Shown: piece after piece, positions 6,786-14,317 of the stretch
How positions within the stretch are numbered: the first letter of the stretch is position 1
Layout of the letters: each line of letters starts with the position of its first letter
UHGV virus genome: UHGV-0064133
Length of the DNA: 14,317 nucleotides
Source: a virus
Reading direction: 5' to 3' (one strand)
Made by a program: the position numbers and the translations under genes
The notes under the pieces: model-generated
Seen by the model: the letters and a program-made list of their open reading frames with translations, nothing else
What the model was told of the DNA's origin: nothing
The model's database searches: none

Positions 6786-6819
6786 AGCAGCGGACAGCAA
6801 GTCGCCTGCTTTTTAACAA
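6786..6819 (+). promoter_or_regulatory. promoter-proximal hairpin plus boxA-like motif (nut-like site or attenuator)
   Basis: Imperfect hairpin agcagcggac/gtcgcctgct (6786-6810, 8 of 10 bp) followed by TTTTTAA; overlapping TGCTTTTTAACAA (6807-6819) differs at one position from the rrn boxA consensus TGCTCTTTAACAA as I recall it. Confidence 0.4.
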
Positions 6820-7158
6820 CATGCAGATTTACAGCGTCAATGACCTGTTAAGACCCCTACACGTAAACGTGCTGTATCACCGGGTGCGATCCGGTCGGTG
6901 AGAGAGTATCCCCGCGCGAGAGCGAGAACGGCGTGAGAACGGGCAACACTGGCAGGGAGTTGGCGCTGACCAATACAGGGAATGTTATGGGATGTGGTGA
7001 AGGGTTCATGGACGGGAATATGTCGCACGTAAAGCGGCGAGGCCCGAGGAGCTATTGCCGAAGATAAGTAGGCCGAATCGGGTCGAAATGGGTCTCCCAC
7101 CTACCACATCGCCAAAGCATTTCTCCCGCATCAGCGGGTAACGACAGAGGGTAAGGGG

Positions 7159-7455
7159 ATGATCGACGACATCAAGCGCATCGACTCAATGATAAATGCG
7201 CTTCGCAATATGAAACAGGACATCAAGCGTCAGCAGAAACTAAGTGAAATAAACAGTTTAGACCTGTCGCCGAAGCAAGCTCAAAAGCGCAATGCCGATG
7301 CTGACTGGATTGCGATGGAACAGATTAAGCGTCGGCATGAGCTGCACGCTCTGTCTGTTGAGCTTGGGTTCGCTGAGCGCCGGGAAAGTTATGCTCCATT
7401 TGAATTAACTGACGGGTGGCACCGATTCGACCACAAGCCGCGCGAACCTCAATAG
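7159..7455 (+). CDS. hypothetical protein (98 aa), first ORF of the early-left operon
   Basis: RBS AAGGGG directly upstream of the ATG; charged, coiled-coil-like sequence; followed by a weak hairpin and T-run. Sits where lambda has N, but has no N-terminal arginine-rich motif. Confidence 0.55.
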   Translation: MIDDIKRIDSMINALRNMKQDIKRQQKLSEINSLDLSPKQAQKRNADADWIAMEQIKRRHELHALSVELGFAERRESYAPFELTDGWHRFDHKPREPQ

Positions 7456-7477
7456 CCGCCTAACCAGCGGCTTTTTC
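7454..7477 (+). terminator. possible weak intrinsic terminator / RNA hairpin
   Basis: Stem agccgc (7454-7459) / gcggct (7467-7472), loop ctaacca, then ttttc; overlaps the stop codon of the 98-aa ORF. Confidence 0.3.
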
Positions 7478-7611
7478 ATACCTGGAGTCATTTACGAGTG
7501 GCTCAAGTTATGACAACCGGCGGCCATCCACCGCCCATTGAAACACTGAATAAATGCGTTGAAGTCTTGTATTAACCGTTCCGTTCGCCGCGATAAGGCC
7601 AAGAGGAAATC

Positions 7612-7818
7612 ATGGTAAACCAGCACTACGGTACACAGACAGTAAACCGCGGCGCAGTTCAGCCGGGGATGCTCGTCAAACACAAGGATTCAACCTGGAC
7701 GGCATCAGCTAATGCTCGTGGTCGTTTGTATCTGCATCGCGGCGTTGAGATGACTTACACCAGGGATTTGCTGGTTGAAGTTTATCTGAACGGTCTGGGG
7801 AATGGCCTCAGCCATTAA
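7612..7818 (+). CDS. hypothetical small protein (68 aa); positional analogue of Rac kilR
   Basis: RBS AGAGGAAA upstream of the ATG; the kilR analogy is by position in Rac-like gene order only, sequence similarity not verified. Confidence 0.45.
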   Translation: MVNQHYGTQTVNRGAVQPGMLVKHKDSTWTASANARGRLYLHRGVEMTYTRDLLVEVYLNGLGNGLSH

Positions 7819-7851
7819 CGGAGAGTTGCCAAAACACTTTAAGGACAGGTG

Positions 7852-8010
7852 ATGAAAAAAGAATGTGGTTATTGCCACAAGCCTGTTGAAGAAGGCGCAG
7901 AAGTAAAGAGCACCTTGCTCTATCTCAACGGTTCGCAACTGGCACAGAAAGAAAAAGAATATTGCTCTAAGCAATGCGCTGAATACGACCAGATGGCGCA
8001 CGAAAGTTAA
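7852..8010 (+). CDS. small zinc-ribbon protein (52 aa), not in the ORF track; YdaE-like by position and Cys pattern
   Basis: Hand translation: MKKECGYCHKPVEEGAEVKSTLLYLNGSQLAQKEKEYCSKQCAEYDQMAHES; CxxC...CxxxC pattern; RBS AAGGACAGG 4 nt upstream of the ATG. Confidence 0.5.
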   Translation: MKKECGYCHKPVEEGAEVKSTLLYLNGSQLAQKEKEYCSKQCAEYDQMAHES

Positions 8011-8095
8011 ATAGCAGTCCTGAAATATGAAATGAAAAATTCGCCATTAATTTGGCGCGGCTTCTTACACCCTTAATTTAACAACTGGAGATTTT

Positions 8096-8383
8096 ATGGA
8101 AATCGTAAAAATCGAAATGAACCTGAAAGCAGTGAATAAAGAAGTGGCTGCATTCAACTGCGAGAAGAAAGTATCAGGCGTTATTCACTCAACTACAAAC
8201 GGTGAAACAACAGTCATTCTCGACGGTGGCTATGTGCTTGGCAAGTTTGATTGCCCGCACTGCGCCATTGAGGAGATCAGCTTGCTGGCACTCAAAATCA
8301 GCGATAGCGATTACGCCGGCTGGGGAACCTACCGTACATACAAGCAAGATTTTATGAATGAGGCGATCGTAGCCGTCAGTTAA
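8096..8383 (+). CDS. hypothetical protein (95 aa), immediately upstream of recE-like gene
   Basis: RBS GGAG upstream of the ATG; contains a CPHC motif; occupies the racC position of Rac-like prophages. No family assignment. Confidence 0.5.
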   Translation: MEIVKIEMNLKAVNKEVAAFNCEKKVSGVIHSTTNGETTVILDGGYVLGKFDCPHCAIEEISLLALKISDSDYAGWGTYRTYKQDFMNEAIVAVS

Positions 8384-8523
8384 GCGAAAGCCCACCGAAG
8401 TGGGCCCGCCATGTCCGGCCTCACCGACCAAAGTTACACCGGAAACAACATTAAAACCAAAGTTAACCCAATGGGCGCTATCAATGGTCCGGGGATTCTA
8501 ACACCCAAAAAAGAGGATCTCAC

Positions 8524-11433
8524 ATGGAATTTTTCCATCTGATAAAAGCCAGTCAGAAGTCTGGCAAGAAAGATGCAGTGATTTGGTTCACTGCGAAAAG
8601 TGTAGCGCGCGCCAATCTCCAACTCGATGTGGCACTGGAAGAAGCCGGAATTGAAGAAACTGGCCGCGGTAAAGATTATGCCAAACCAATCCGCACCGAT
8701 TTCCCGGTATATGACGACCTGCCGGAAGAAGGCGCAGTGGATTACACCTGGTGCGAACGCTACGAACTGCAGAACGATGACCGCACCTGGCTGCCAAAAG
8801 TCACAGCTGAAAACTCTGACGAGAAAACGGCTCAGACCGTTGATAGTCACATAACTACTGAGTCAACGCTGCCAGAAACCGCTGGCATCACGCTGGACGA
8901 ACACGACGACGACTCAACCCTCTACCCGGTAGTGCAGATGCCGTTTCGTAAGCAACTGCTTTCCCAGTTCACCGCCGACGAACTGCGCCACCACGTAACC
9001 CACGAAGAGTACGAAGCTATCGGCGCGCTGGAGATGGACACTGATAACAGTTACGTCCAGAACTTGCTGTTAGCTGCTGAGAACTGCCCGGAAGTGAAGG
9101 GTTACGACACCAAAGACCTGTGGCGCTACACCGATGCCATTCGCAAAGTGTTCAGCCAGGACAAGCGTCACGAACTCGCGCTGGTACTCCGTTTCACCAG
9201 AATGTGGGCGGCGACTGATTACATTGACCGTGGCATCCTGGCGCGTGAATGGGCCGCCGGTAATCGCATCAGTAGTGTGCAGCGTACTGATTCCGGCACT
9301 AATGCCGACGGCGGTTACGTCACTGACCGTGGACCTGACGCACACCACACACTGGACACTCTCGATTTAGAGATTGCGTGTGCCCTTCTGCCTATGGACT
9401 TCAACCACTTCGAGATCCCGGGCAGCATTCTTCGTCGCGCTAAAGAAATCGTGACCAAAAAAGAAGAACCATGGAAATCATGGAGCAACATCCTGCGCAA
9501 TCAGCCAGGCGTTCTGGGTGTTAACCGCACGGCTATTTTTAACCTGGTACGTATCGCACCGGAAAATATTCATTTAACTCCTGTCGCTCACCTGGAATTT
9601 GTTAACCAGACCATGACAGCCGCGTTCAATTCCGCGGTCGAGTTATTGCCGTTGCATGAGGCTGAACCCGCAGCACAGGAAATTCCCCAACCTGAAGGTA
9701 AGGAGTCTCCGCGCAAATCCTTCTGCACTCACGAAGAGAACCTGCAACGCGTGCGTGAAGAAGGAGCACGCCGCCGCGCAGAGGAAGCGGCAGCACAACC
9801 GCAGAAAGTCGAACAAGAACTGGTTAAAAATGTCGGCAACGGAATATTCGACGTTACGGCTTTGCTGCAGAACTCAGCAACTCATGGCACGAAAAAGGCT
9901 ACGGAGACCACCAGCAATGTGCAGGTTCAAGAAACTGTCAGTGATGAAAAACAAGCTGGTGATGAAGTACAGCCAGGCGAAAGCAGTCTGGAGTCTGGTG
10001 AAGAGTCAGATACCAGCCAGAAGGACGATGTAGACCAGAATACGGATTCTGTCGCCAAAAATAGCGATTCTGTAAGCCAAACCGAACCAGTTGCAGCACA
10101 AACCGAGCCAGAAGCGCAATCTGACGAACCAGCTGTTGTTTATCCCGCTTATTTCGAGCCAGGCCGCTATGAAGGGCTGCCAAACGAGGTTTACCACGCC
10201 GCCAACGGCATCAGCTCAACCCAGGTGAAAGATGCGCGCGTTTCGCTGATGTACTTCAATGCGCGCCACGTAGAGAAAACCATCGTCAAAGAGCGCTCAG
10301 CGGTGCTGGACATGGGCAACTTGGTGCATGCGCTGGCGTTGCAGCCTGAACTACTGGACGCAGAATTCAGCGTTGAACCGGTGATCCCTGAAGGCGCATT
10401 CACAACGGCCGCGACCCTGCGCGCCTTTATCGATGAGCACAATGCCAGCCTGCCGGCGCTGCTGTCTGCCGACGACATCAAGGTGTTACTGGAAGAGTAC
10501 AACGCCACCCTGCCGCCGCAGGTTCCGCTTGGCGCTAACCTGGAAGAAACGGCACAGAACTATATGGCGCTGCCAGCTGACTTCCAGCGTATTGATGGTG
10601 ACCAGAAGCAGACGGCGACGGCAATGAAGGCATGCATTAAAGAGTACAACGCCACCCTGCCGCCGCCGGTTAAAACCAGCGGCAGCCGTGACGCGCTGCT
10701 GGAGCAGTTGGCAATCATCAACCCTGACCTTGTGGCTCAGGAAGCACAGAAACCGGCACCACTGAAAGTGTCCGGTACCAAAGCAGACATGATCCAGGCC
10801 GTGAAGGCAGTCAAACCAGATGCCGTATTTGCCGACGAACTGCTGGATGCCTGGCGCGATAACCCGGAAGGAAAAGTGCTGGTCACCCGCCAGCAGCTGA
10901 GCACCGCGCTGAATATTCAAAAAGCGCTTCTGGCACACCCGACCGCCGGCATGCTGCTGACCCACCCTAGCCGAGCCGTTGAGGTGAGCTACTTTGGTTT
11001 TGACGAGGAGACGGGCTTGGAAGTTCGTGTGCGCCCTGACCTTGAGATCGACCTGGATGGCGTGCGTATAGGTGCAGACCTGAAAACCATCAGCATGTGG
11101 AATGTTAAGCAGGAAAGCCTGCGCGCCAGGCTACACCGGGAAATTATTGAACGTGATTATCACCTGAGCGCGGCTATGTACTGCGAAACCGCAGCGCTGG
11201 ATCAGTTCTTCTGGATTTTCGTCAACAAAGACGAGAACTACCACTGGATCGCCATCATCGAGGCATCCGCTGAACTACTGGAGCTGGGTATGCTCGAGTA
11301 CCGCAAAGCGATGCGCAATATCGCAACCGGATTCGACACAGGTGAATGGCCAGCGCCAATCACTGCTGACTACACCGACGAACTGAACGACTTCGACCTG
11401 CGCCGCCTTGAAGCGCTGCGTACTCAGGCATAA
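8524..11433 (+). CDS. recE: RecE-like exodeoxyribonuclease VIII (large 5'-3' dsDNA exonuclease with C-terminal PD-(D/E)XK domain)
   Basis: N-terminal DAVIWFTAKS...FPVYDDLPEEGAVDYTWCERYEL and DYIDRGILAREWAAGNRISSVQRTDSGTNADGGYVTDRG match what I recall of E. coli RecE; C-terminal RPDLEIDLDGVRIGADLKT fits the PD-(D/E)XK nuclease motif; RBS AAGAGGA. Confidence 0.8.
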   Translation: MEFFHLIKASQKSGKKDAVIWFTAKSVARANLQLDVALEEAGIEETGRGKDYAKPIRTDFPVYDDLPEEGAVDYTWCERYELQNDDRTWLPKVTAENSDEKTAQTVDSHITTESTLPETAGITLDEHDDDSTLYPVVQMPFRKQLLSQFTADELRHHVTHEEYEAIGALEMDTDNSYVQNLLLAAENCPEVKGYDTKDLWRYTDAIRKVFSQDKRHELALVLRFTRMWAATDYIDRGILAREWAAGNRISSVQRTDSGTNADGGYVTDRGPDAHHTLDTLDLEIACALLPMDFNHFEIPGSILRRAKEIVTKKEEPWKSWSNILRNQPGVLGVNRTAIFNLVRIAPENIHLTPVAHLEFVNQTMTAAFNSAVELLPLHEAEPAAQEIPQPEGKESPRKSFCTHEENLQRVREEGARRRAEEAAAQPQKVEQELVKNVGNGIFDVTALLQNSATHGTKKATETTSNVQVQETVSDEKQAGDEVQPGESSLESGEESDTSQKDDVDQNTDSVAKNSDSVSQTEPVAAQTEPEAQSDEPAVVYPAYFEPGRYEGLPNEVYHAANGISSTQVKDARVSLMYFNARHVEKTIVKERSAVLDMGNLVHALALQPELLDAEFSVEPVIPEGAFTTAATLRAFIDEHNASLPALLSADDIKVLLEEYNATLPPQVPLGANLEETAQNYMALPADFQRIDGDQKQTATAMKACIKEYNATLPPPVKTSGSRDALLEQLAIINPDLVAQEAQKPAPLKVSGTKADMIQAVKAVKPDAVFADELLDAWRDNPEGKVLVTRQQLSTALNIQKALLAHPTAGMLLTHPSRAVEVSYFGFDEETGLEVRVRPDLEIDLDGVRIGADLKTISMWNVKQESLRARLHREIIERDYHLSAAMYCETAALDQFFWIFVNKDENYHWIAIIEASAELLELGMLEYRKAMRNIATGFDTGEWPAPITADYTDELNDFDLRRLEALRTQA
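10435..10666 (+). repeat. in-frame internal repeats within the recE-like gene
   Basis: Exact 25-bp repeat gagtacaacgccaccctgccgccgc at 10495-10519 and 10642-10666 (147 bp apart, 49 codons), plus a degenerate copy gagcacaatgccagcctgccggcgc at 10435-10459; peptide-level repeats EHNASLPA / EYNATLPP / EYNATLPP. Confidence 0.65.
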
Positions 11434-11438
11434 GGGGA

Positions 11439-12557
11439 ATGATGATGGAAAACACGAATATCGTAACCGCTGAGCAGCAGACTCCAAACACGATCTCAGC
11501 CAGCAATGCCATTTTCAACGTGCAGGCTTTAACCCAGCTTCAGTCTGTCGCCGGGTTGATGGCACAGGCAGCCGTAACGGTGCCTGAGCACCTCCGCGGC
11601 AATCCGGCAGACTGCATGGCCATCATCATGCAGGCGATGCAGTGGGGTATGAACCCTTACGCCGTGGCGCAAAAGACGCACCTGGTTAACGGTGTCCTGG
11701 GATACGAAGCGCAACTGGTTAATGCGGTGATCTCCAGCTCAAACGCCATCGTTGGCCGCTTTCACTATGAGTACGAGGGCGACTGGTCGAAATGTGCCAG
11801 CAGCCGCGAGATAACCGTTAAAAAGCCTGCGAAAGGTGGCGGGACGTACGACAAGAAAGAAATGGTACGCGGTTGGGAAAGTGCTGATGAACAAGGACTG
11901 TCGGTACGGGTAGGTGCCGTTATTCGCGGTGAAAGTGATATCACCTGGGGAGAGCCTGTTTTCCTCTCCAGCGTAATCACACGTAATTCTCCACTTTGGG
12001 TATCAAACCCGAAACAGCAGATCGCTTATCTGGCACTCAAATACTGGGCGCGCCTGTATTGCCCTGCAGTTGTTCTTGGTGTGTACACCCCTGATGAGAT
12101 TGAACAGCGCACAGAAAAAGAGATCAACCCAACGCCGCAACGCGTTAGCCTGGCTGATATCTCAGGTGACACCGTCACAACCACGCAAAGCGCACAGGAA
12201 TCGTCGGTAAATGTCGACTCTCTTGCCGATGATTTCCGCGAACGCATCGAATCTGCTCAGGACGTGGATAGCGCCAAATCGCTGCGTGCCGACATTGAAA
12301 CGGCGAAAGCTACGCTGGGATCCGCACTATTCACCGAGCTGAAAAACAAAGCCGTAAAGCGTTATTACCTAGTGGATGCACGCAACAAGGTTGAGGAGGC
12401 TATTAAATCCCTGCCCCAGCCCGACGAGCCGCATGCAGCCGAACGGTTCGCTGAAGCCGAGCGCATGCTTGCATCTTCAAAGCGTCACTTAGGCGATGAA
12501 CTGCACGATCAATTCAGCATCACCCTGGCGGATATGAAACCGGAATACGTGGCCTGA
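11439..12557 (+). CDS. RecT/Redbeta(Bet)-family single-strand annealing protein (probable)
   Basis: Directly downstream of the recE-like gene (5-nt gap); segment NPADCMAIIMQAMQWGMNPYAVAQKTHLVNGVLGYEAQ resembles the Redbeta/RecT core (compare lambda Bet DAQFIALLIVANQYGLNPWTKEIYAFP); three consecutive ATGs at the start, true start may be 11442 or 11445. Confidence 0.6.
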   Translation: MMMENTNIVTAEQQTPNTISASNAIFNVQALTQLQSVAGLMAQAAVTVPEHLRGNPADCMAIIMQAMQWGMNPYAVAQKTHLVNGVLGYEAQLVNAVISSSNAIVGRFHYEYEGDWSKCASSREITVKKPAKGGGTYDKKEMVRGWESADEQGLSVRVGAVIRGESDITWGEPVFLSSVITRNSPLWVSNPKQQIAYLALKYWARLYCPAVVLGVYTPDEIEQRTEKEINPTPQRVSLADISGDTVTTTQSAQESSVNVDSLADDFRERIESAQDVDSAKSLRADIETAKATLGSALFTELKNKAVKRYYLVDARNKVEEAIKSLPQPDEPHAAERFAEAERMLASSKRHLGDELHDQFSITLADMKPEYVA

Positions 12558-12595
12558 CGAGACCGGGAGGGGTAACCCTCCCTCAAGGAGATTAT

Positions 12596-12838
12596 ATGCG
12601 ACTGATCAATCGAGGAAGTAAGCAATCACCTTTAGCTCGCCAAGCATGCGACATCGCGCTGGCAGCTCACTTGCAAACATATGGCGACTATGGGCGAAGC
12701 AAGATGAAAGAGACTTATACGGTGAAGGTTGAAGGCGTGAAAGTCTGGGATGAGCGTTTGAACCGAAAGGCTACCTACGTGGCCACAGCGATGACCGGCA
12801 TGCGCCGTCTCCGCTCCCTGCCCGGGCAGGTTGGTTGA
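12596..12838 (+). CDS. hypothetical protein (80 aa)
   Basis: Strong RBS AAGGAG 5 nt upstream of the ATG; preceded by a GC hairpin (12565-12582); no family recognised. Confidence 0.5.
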   Translation: MRLINRGSKQSPLARQACDIALAAHLQTYGDYGRSKMKETYTVKVEGVKVWDERLNRKATYVATAMTGMRRLRSLPGQVG

Positions 12839-12879
12839 AAAAGATTTTGAATGGCCCGAACGGGCAACTGGAGAGAGCT

Positions 12880-13077
12880 ATGGATGATATTTTGGTAACG
12901 TCAGACCTGACCAGTCGCTACAAAATTTCACGCAAAACCCTTTGGTCATGGCAAAGTGCAGACACAATGCCTCGGGGCTTCGTATGCCCGTTCCCACCCC
13001 CTGACTGGCCCGGCAACCCTAACCGCTGGCGCTCTGAGTCAATCAAAGAGTGGGAGGATAAAAAGAAGATAAATTAA
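12880..13077 (+). CDS. AlpA/excisionase-like small DNA-binding protein
   Basis: [24 protein letters not shown] resembles the AlpA/Xis-type HTH N-terminus; start set at ATG 12880 (RBS GGAGAG upstream) rather than the track start at 12835; adjacent to the integrase. Confidence 0.6.
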
Positions 13078-14267
13078 CTGAAGGGCTCTCCGATGATCTC
13101 TTCAAGATGGCTCTGCCAAACGCGGAGCCAGTGTTTCTGATCATCGATATAGTCATGAAGGTTGTAATGCGCCATAACCCCCACCATCTGATGCCCGAGC
13201 AGCTTTTCAATTACGTGCGGCGGGCAACCTAACTCAGAGAGATTTGTGGCTATCGTCCGCCTCATATCATGAAGCGACCACTCTGCCATACCTGTTCCAT
13301 TCCAAATAGAACGGGCGTAATTGGATGCCACAGGTGAATGAACGGGCGAATCTTTGATCCCGCCATCAATTTTACGTTGTGAAGTCACCAGGTGATTGGT
13401 GTTTATTTTCTTGAGGTGATTTCTGACCAGGTTAACGGCGGCGTCTGAGAGTCCCCTTCTAATATGTACCCGAGTTTTATAACTGCCCGCAGGCACGACC
13501 CACTCATTATCATCCAATCGAAACCATGATCTCTCACTAAGTCGAATCTCAGCCGTACGGCATCCGGTAAGCATAATAAATTTCACCAGGAAAACGGACT
13601 CTATCGACATATGGCTTTTCAACCACTGATAGATTTTGCGCAGATCGTCATCGTCCATCCTGCGAGTTCTCTTTTTAGGCTTTTGCCCGACATCAGATGG
13701 CAGTAATCCCTCGAGTGGGTTTGAGGCGATCACACTTCTGTTAACGCAGAACCTAAACGCCCGTTTGCACAGCGAAAGCATGTAATGAGCCATCACCCTG
13801 CTTTCTATAGAATCGAAGACGTTGATCCAGTGCATTTTCGCTGTGTTATCGACTTTGACATTCTTCATCGGTTCGGCGATATGTTTCTCAAACACCTGGC
13901 GATAGTAATCGACTTTAACTAGCCCGTTAGCGATACAGTGCCTTTCAATCCAGTAATTGAACGCTTCGGCAACGGACATCGCTTCCTGTCGGGTCTGCTT
14001 ATCCAGCTTCACCTGCTCTCGCGGATCCAGTCCCTCAGTTAACCAGTTTCTGAATTGTTGGCGACGCTCTCTTGCCTGGGTGATACTCATTGCAGGATAA
14101 TCACCAACATTGAGTTTTACCGCTTTACCGGCCCAGCGATACCGATAGAAAAATGATATTTTTCCGGCCTGGCTGATTCTGGCGTTGAGCCCGTGCGAAT
14201 CAGAAATAATCTCGATATCATCTCTTTTCTTGCCGAGCGCCTTCCTGAGCTTTGTGTCGGTGATCAT
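13074..14267 (-). CDS. int: tyrosine recombinase / phage integrase (P4-type, N-terminal arm-binding domain)
   Basis: N-terminus [13 protein letters not shown]...[24 protein letters not shown] matches the P4-like integrase arm-binding domain; C-terminal catalytic region HDMRRT...[18 protein letters not shown] with R, H-x-x-R and Y. Start chosen at ATG 14267 by analogy with IntS/IntA N-termini; the track ORF extends to 14312. Confidence 0.9.
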
Positions 14268-14317
14268 TGAATGGGTACACATTTTTGTTTTTGGGTACAC
14301 AAAAGTGTACACAAAGT

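Noticed and set aside
6837-7100. 87-aa minus-strand ORF in the GC-rich leader
   Set aside because: Starts with GTG and has no RBS; Pro/Ala/Arg-rich low-complexity translation typical of a chance open frame in GC-rich DNA; antisense to the PL transcript.
6780-7158. Retron-like msr/msd ncRNA
   Set aside because: No reverse-transcriptase gene anywhere in the window and no clear flanking inverted repeats; kept as an unexplained leader rather than called a retron.
7159-7455. Calling the 98-aa first ORF of the early-left operon an N-type antiterminator
   Set aside because: It occupies the position N has in lambda, but has no N-terminal arginine-rich motif and no recognisable similarity to N; left as hypothetical.
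7492-8001. Minus-strand ORFs 7492..7683 and 7705..8001
   Set aside because: Antisense to the plus-strand small genes 7612..7818 and 7852..8010, which have RBSs and fit the operon direction set by PL.
8434-10965. Multiple 60-160-aa ORFs on both strands inside the recE-like gene (e.g. 8434..8850 -, 9070..9348 -, 9656..10033 +, 10486..10965 -)
   Set aside because: All lie within or antisense to a 969-aa ORF that has clear RecE-like homology; no RBS; compositionally biased translations.
14268-14317. tRNA gene or att core at the right edge
   Set aside because: Only 50 bp remain beyond the integrase start; no tRNA acceptor or T-arm pattern is visible, so the attachment site must lie outside the window.

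Overview
This window reads as the early/regulatory half of a lambdoid, Rac-like enterobacterial prophage. All calls come from reading the sequence and recalling family motifs; no database search or folding was run. From the left, a minus-strand early-right operon carries a Cro/YdaS-like HTH, a CII/YdaT-like protein, a small ClpX-type zinc-finger protein, an O-like replication initiator with an iteron origin inside its gene, a DnaC-like helicase loader and several small phage ORFs. A CI-like repressor with a LexA-type autoprotease domain (plus strand) sits between two operator clusters that share the 9-bp motif AAATC[A/C]ACA. Between the repressor and the second operator cluster is a cargo slot holding a KilA-N-domain protein and a convergent small ORF; this is where lambda carries rexAB and Rac carries ydaFG/sieB, and it is my best candidate for an undescribed accessory or defence module. 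Right of a PL-like promoter there is a boxA-like motif and an unexplained ~340-nt GC-rich leader, then a plus-strand early-left operon: small proteins, a 969-aa RecE-like exonuclease VIII, a RecT/Redbeta-family annealing protein and an AlpA/Xis-like protein. A convergent P4-type tyrosine integrase closes the right edge; the attachment site lies outside the window.
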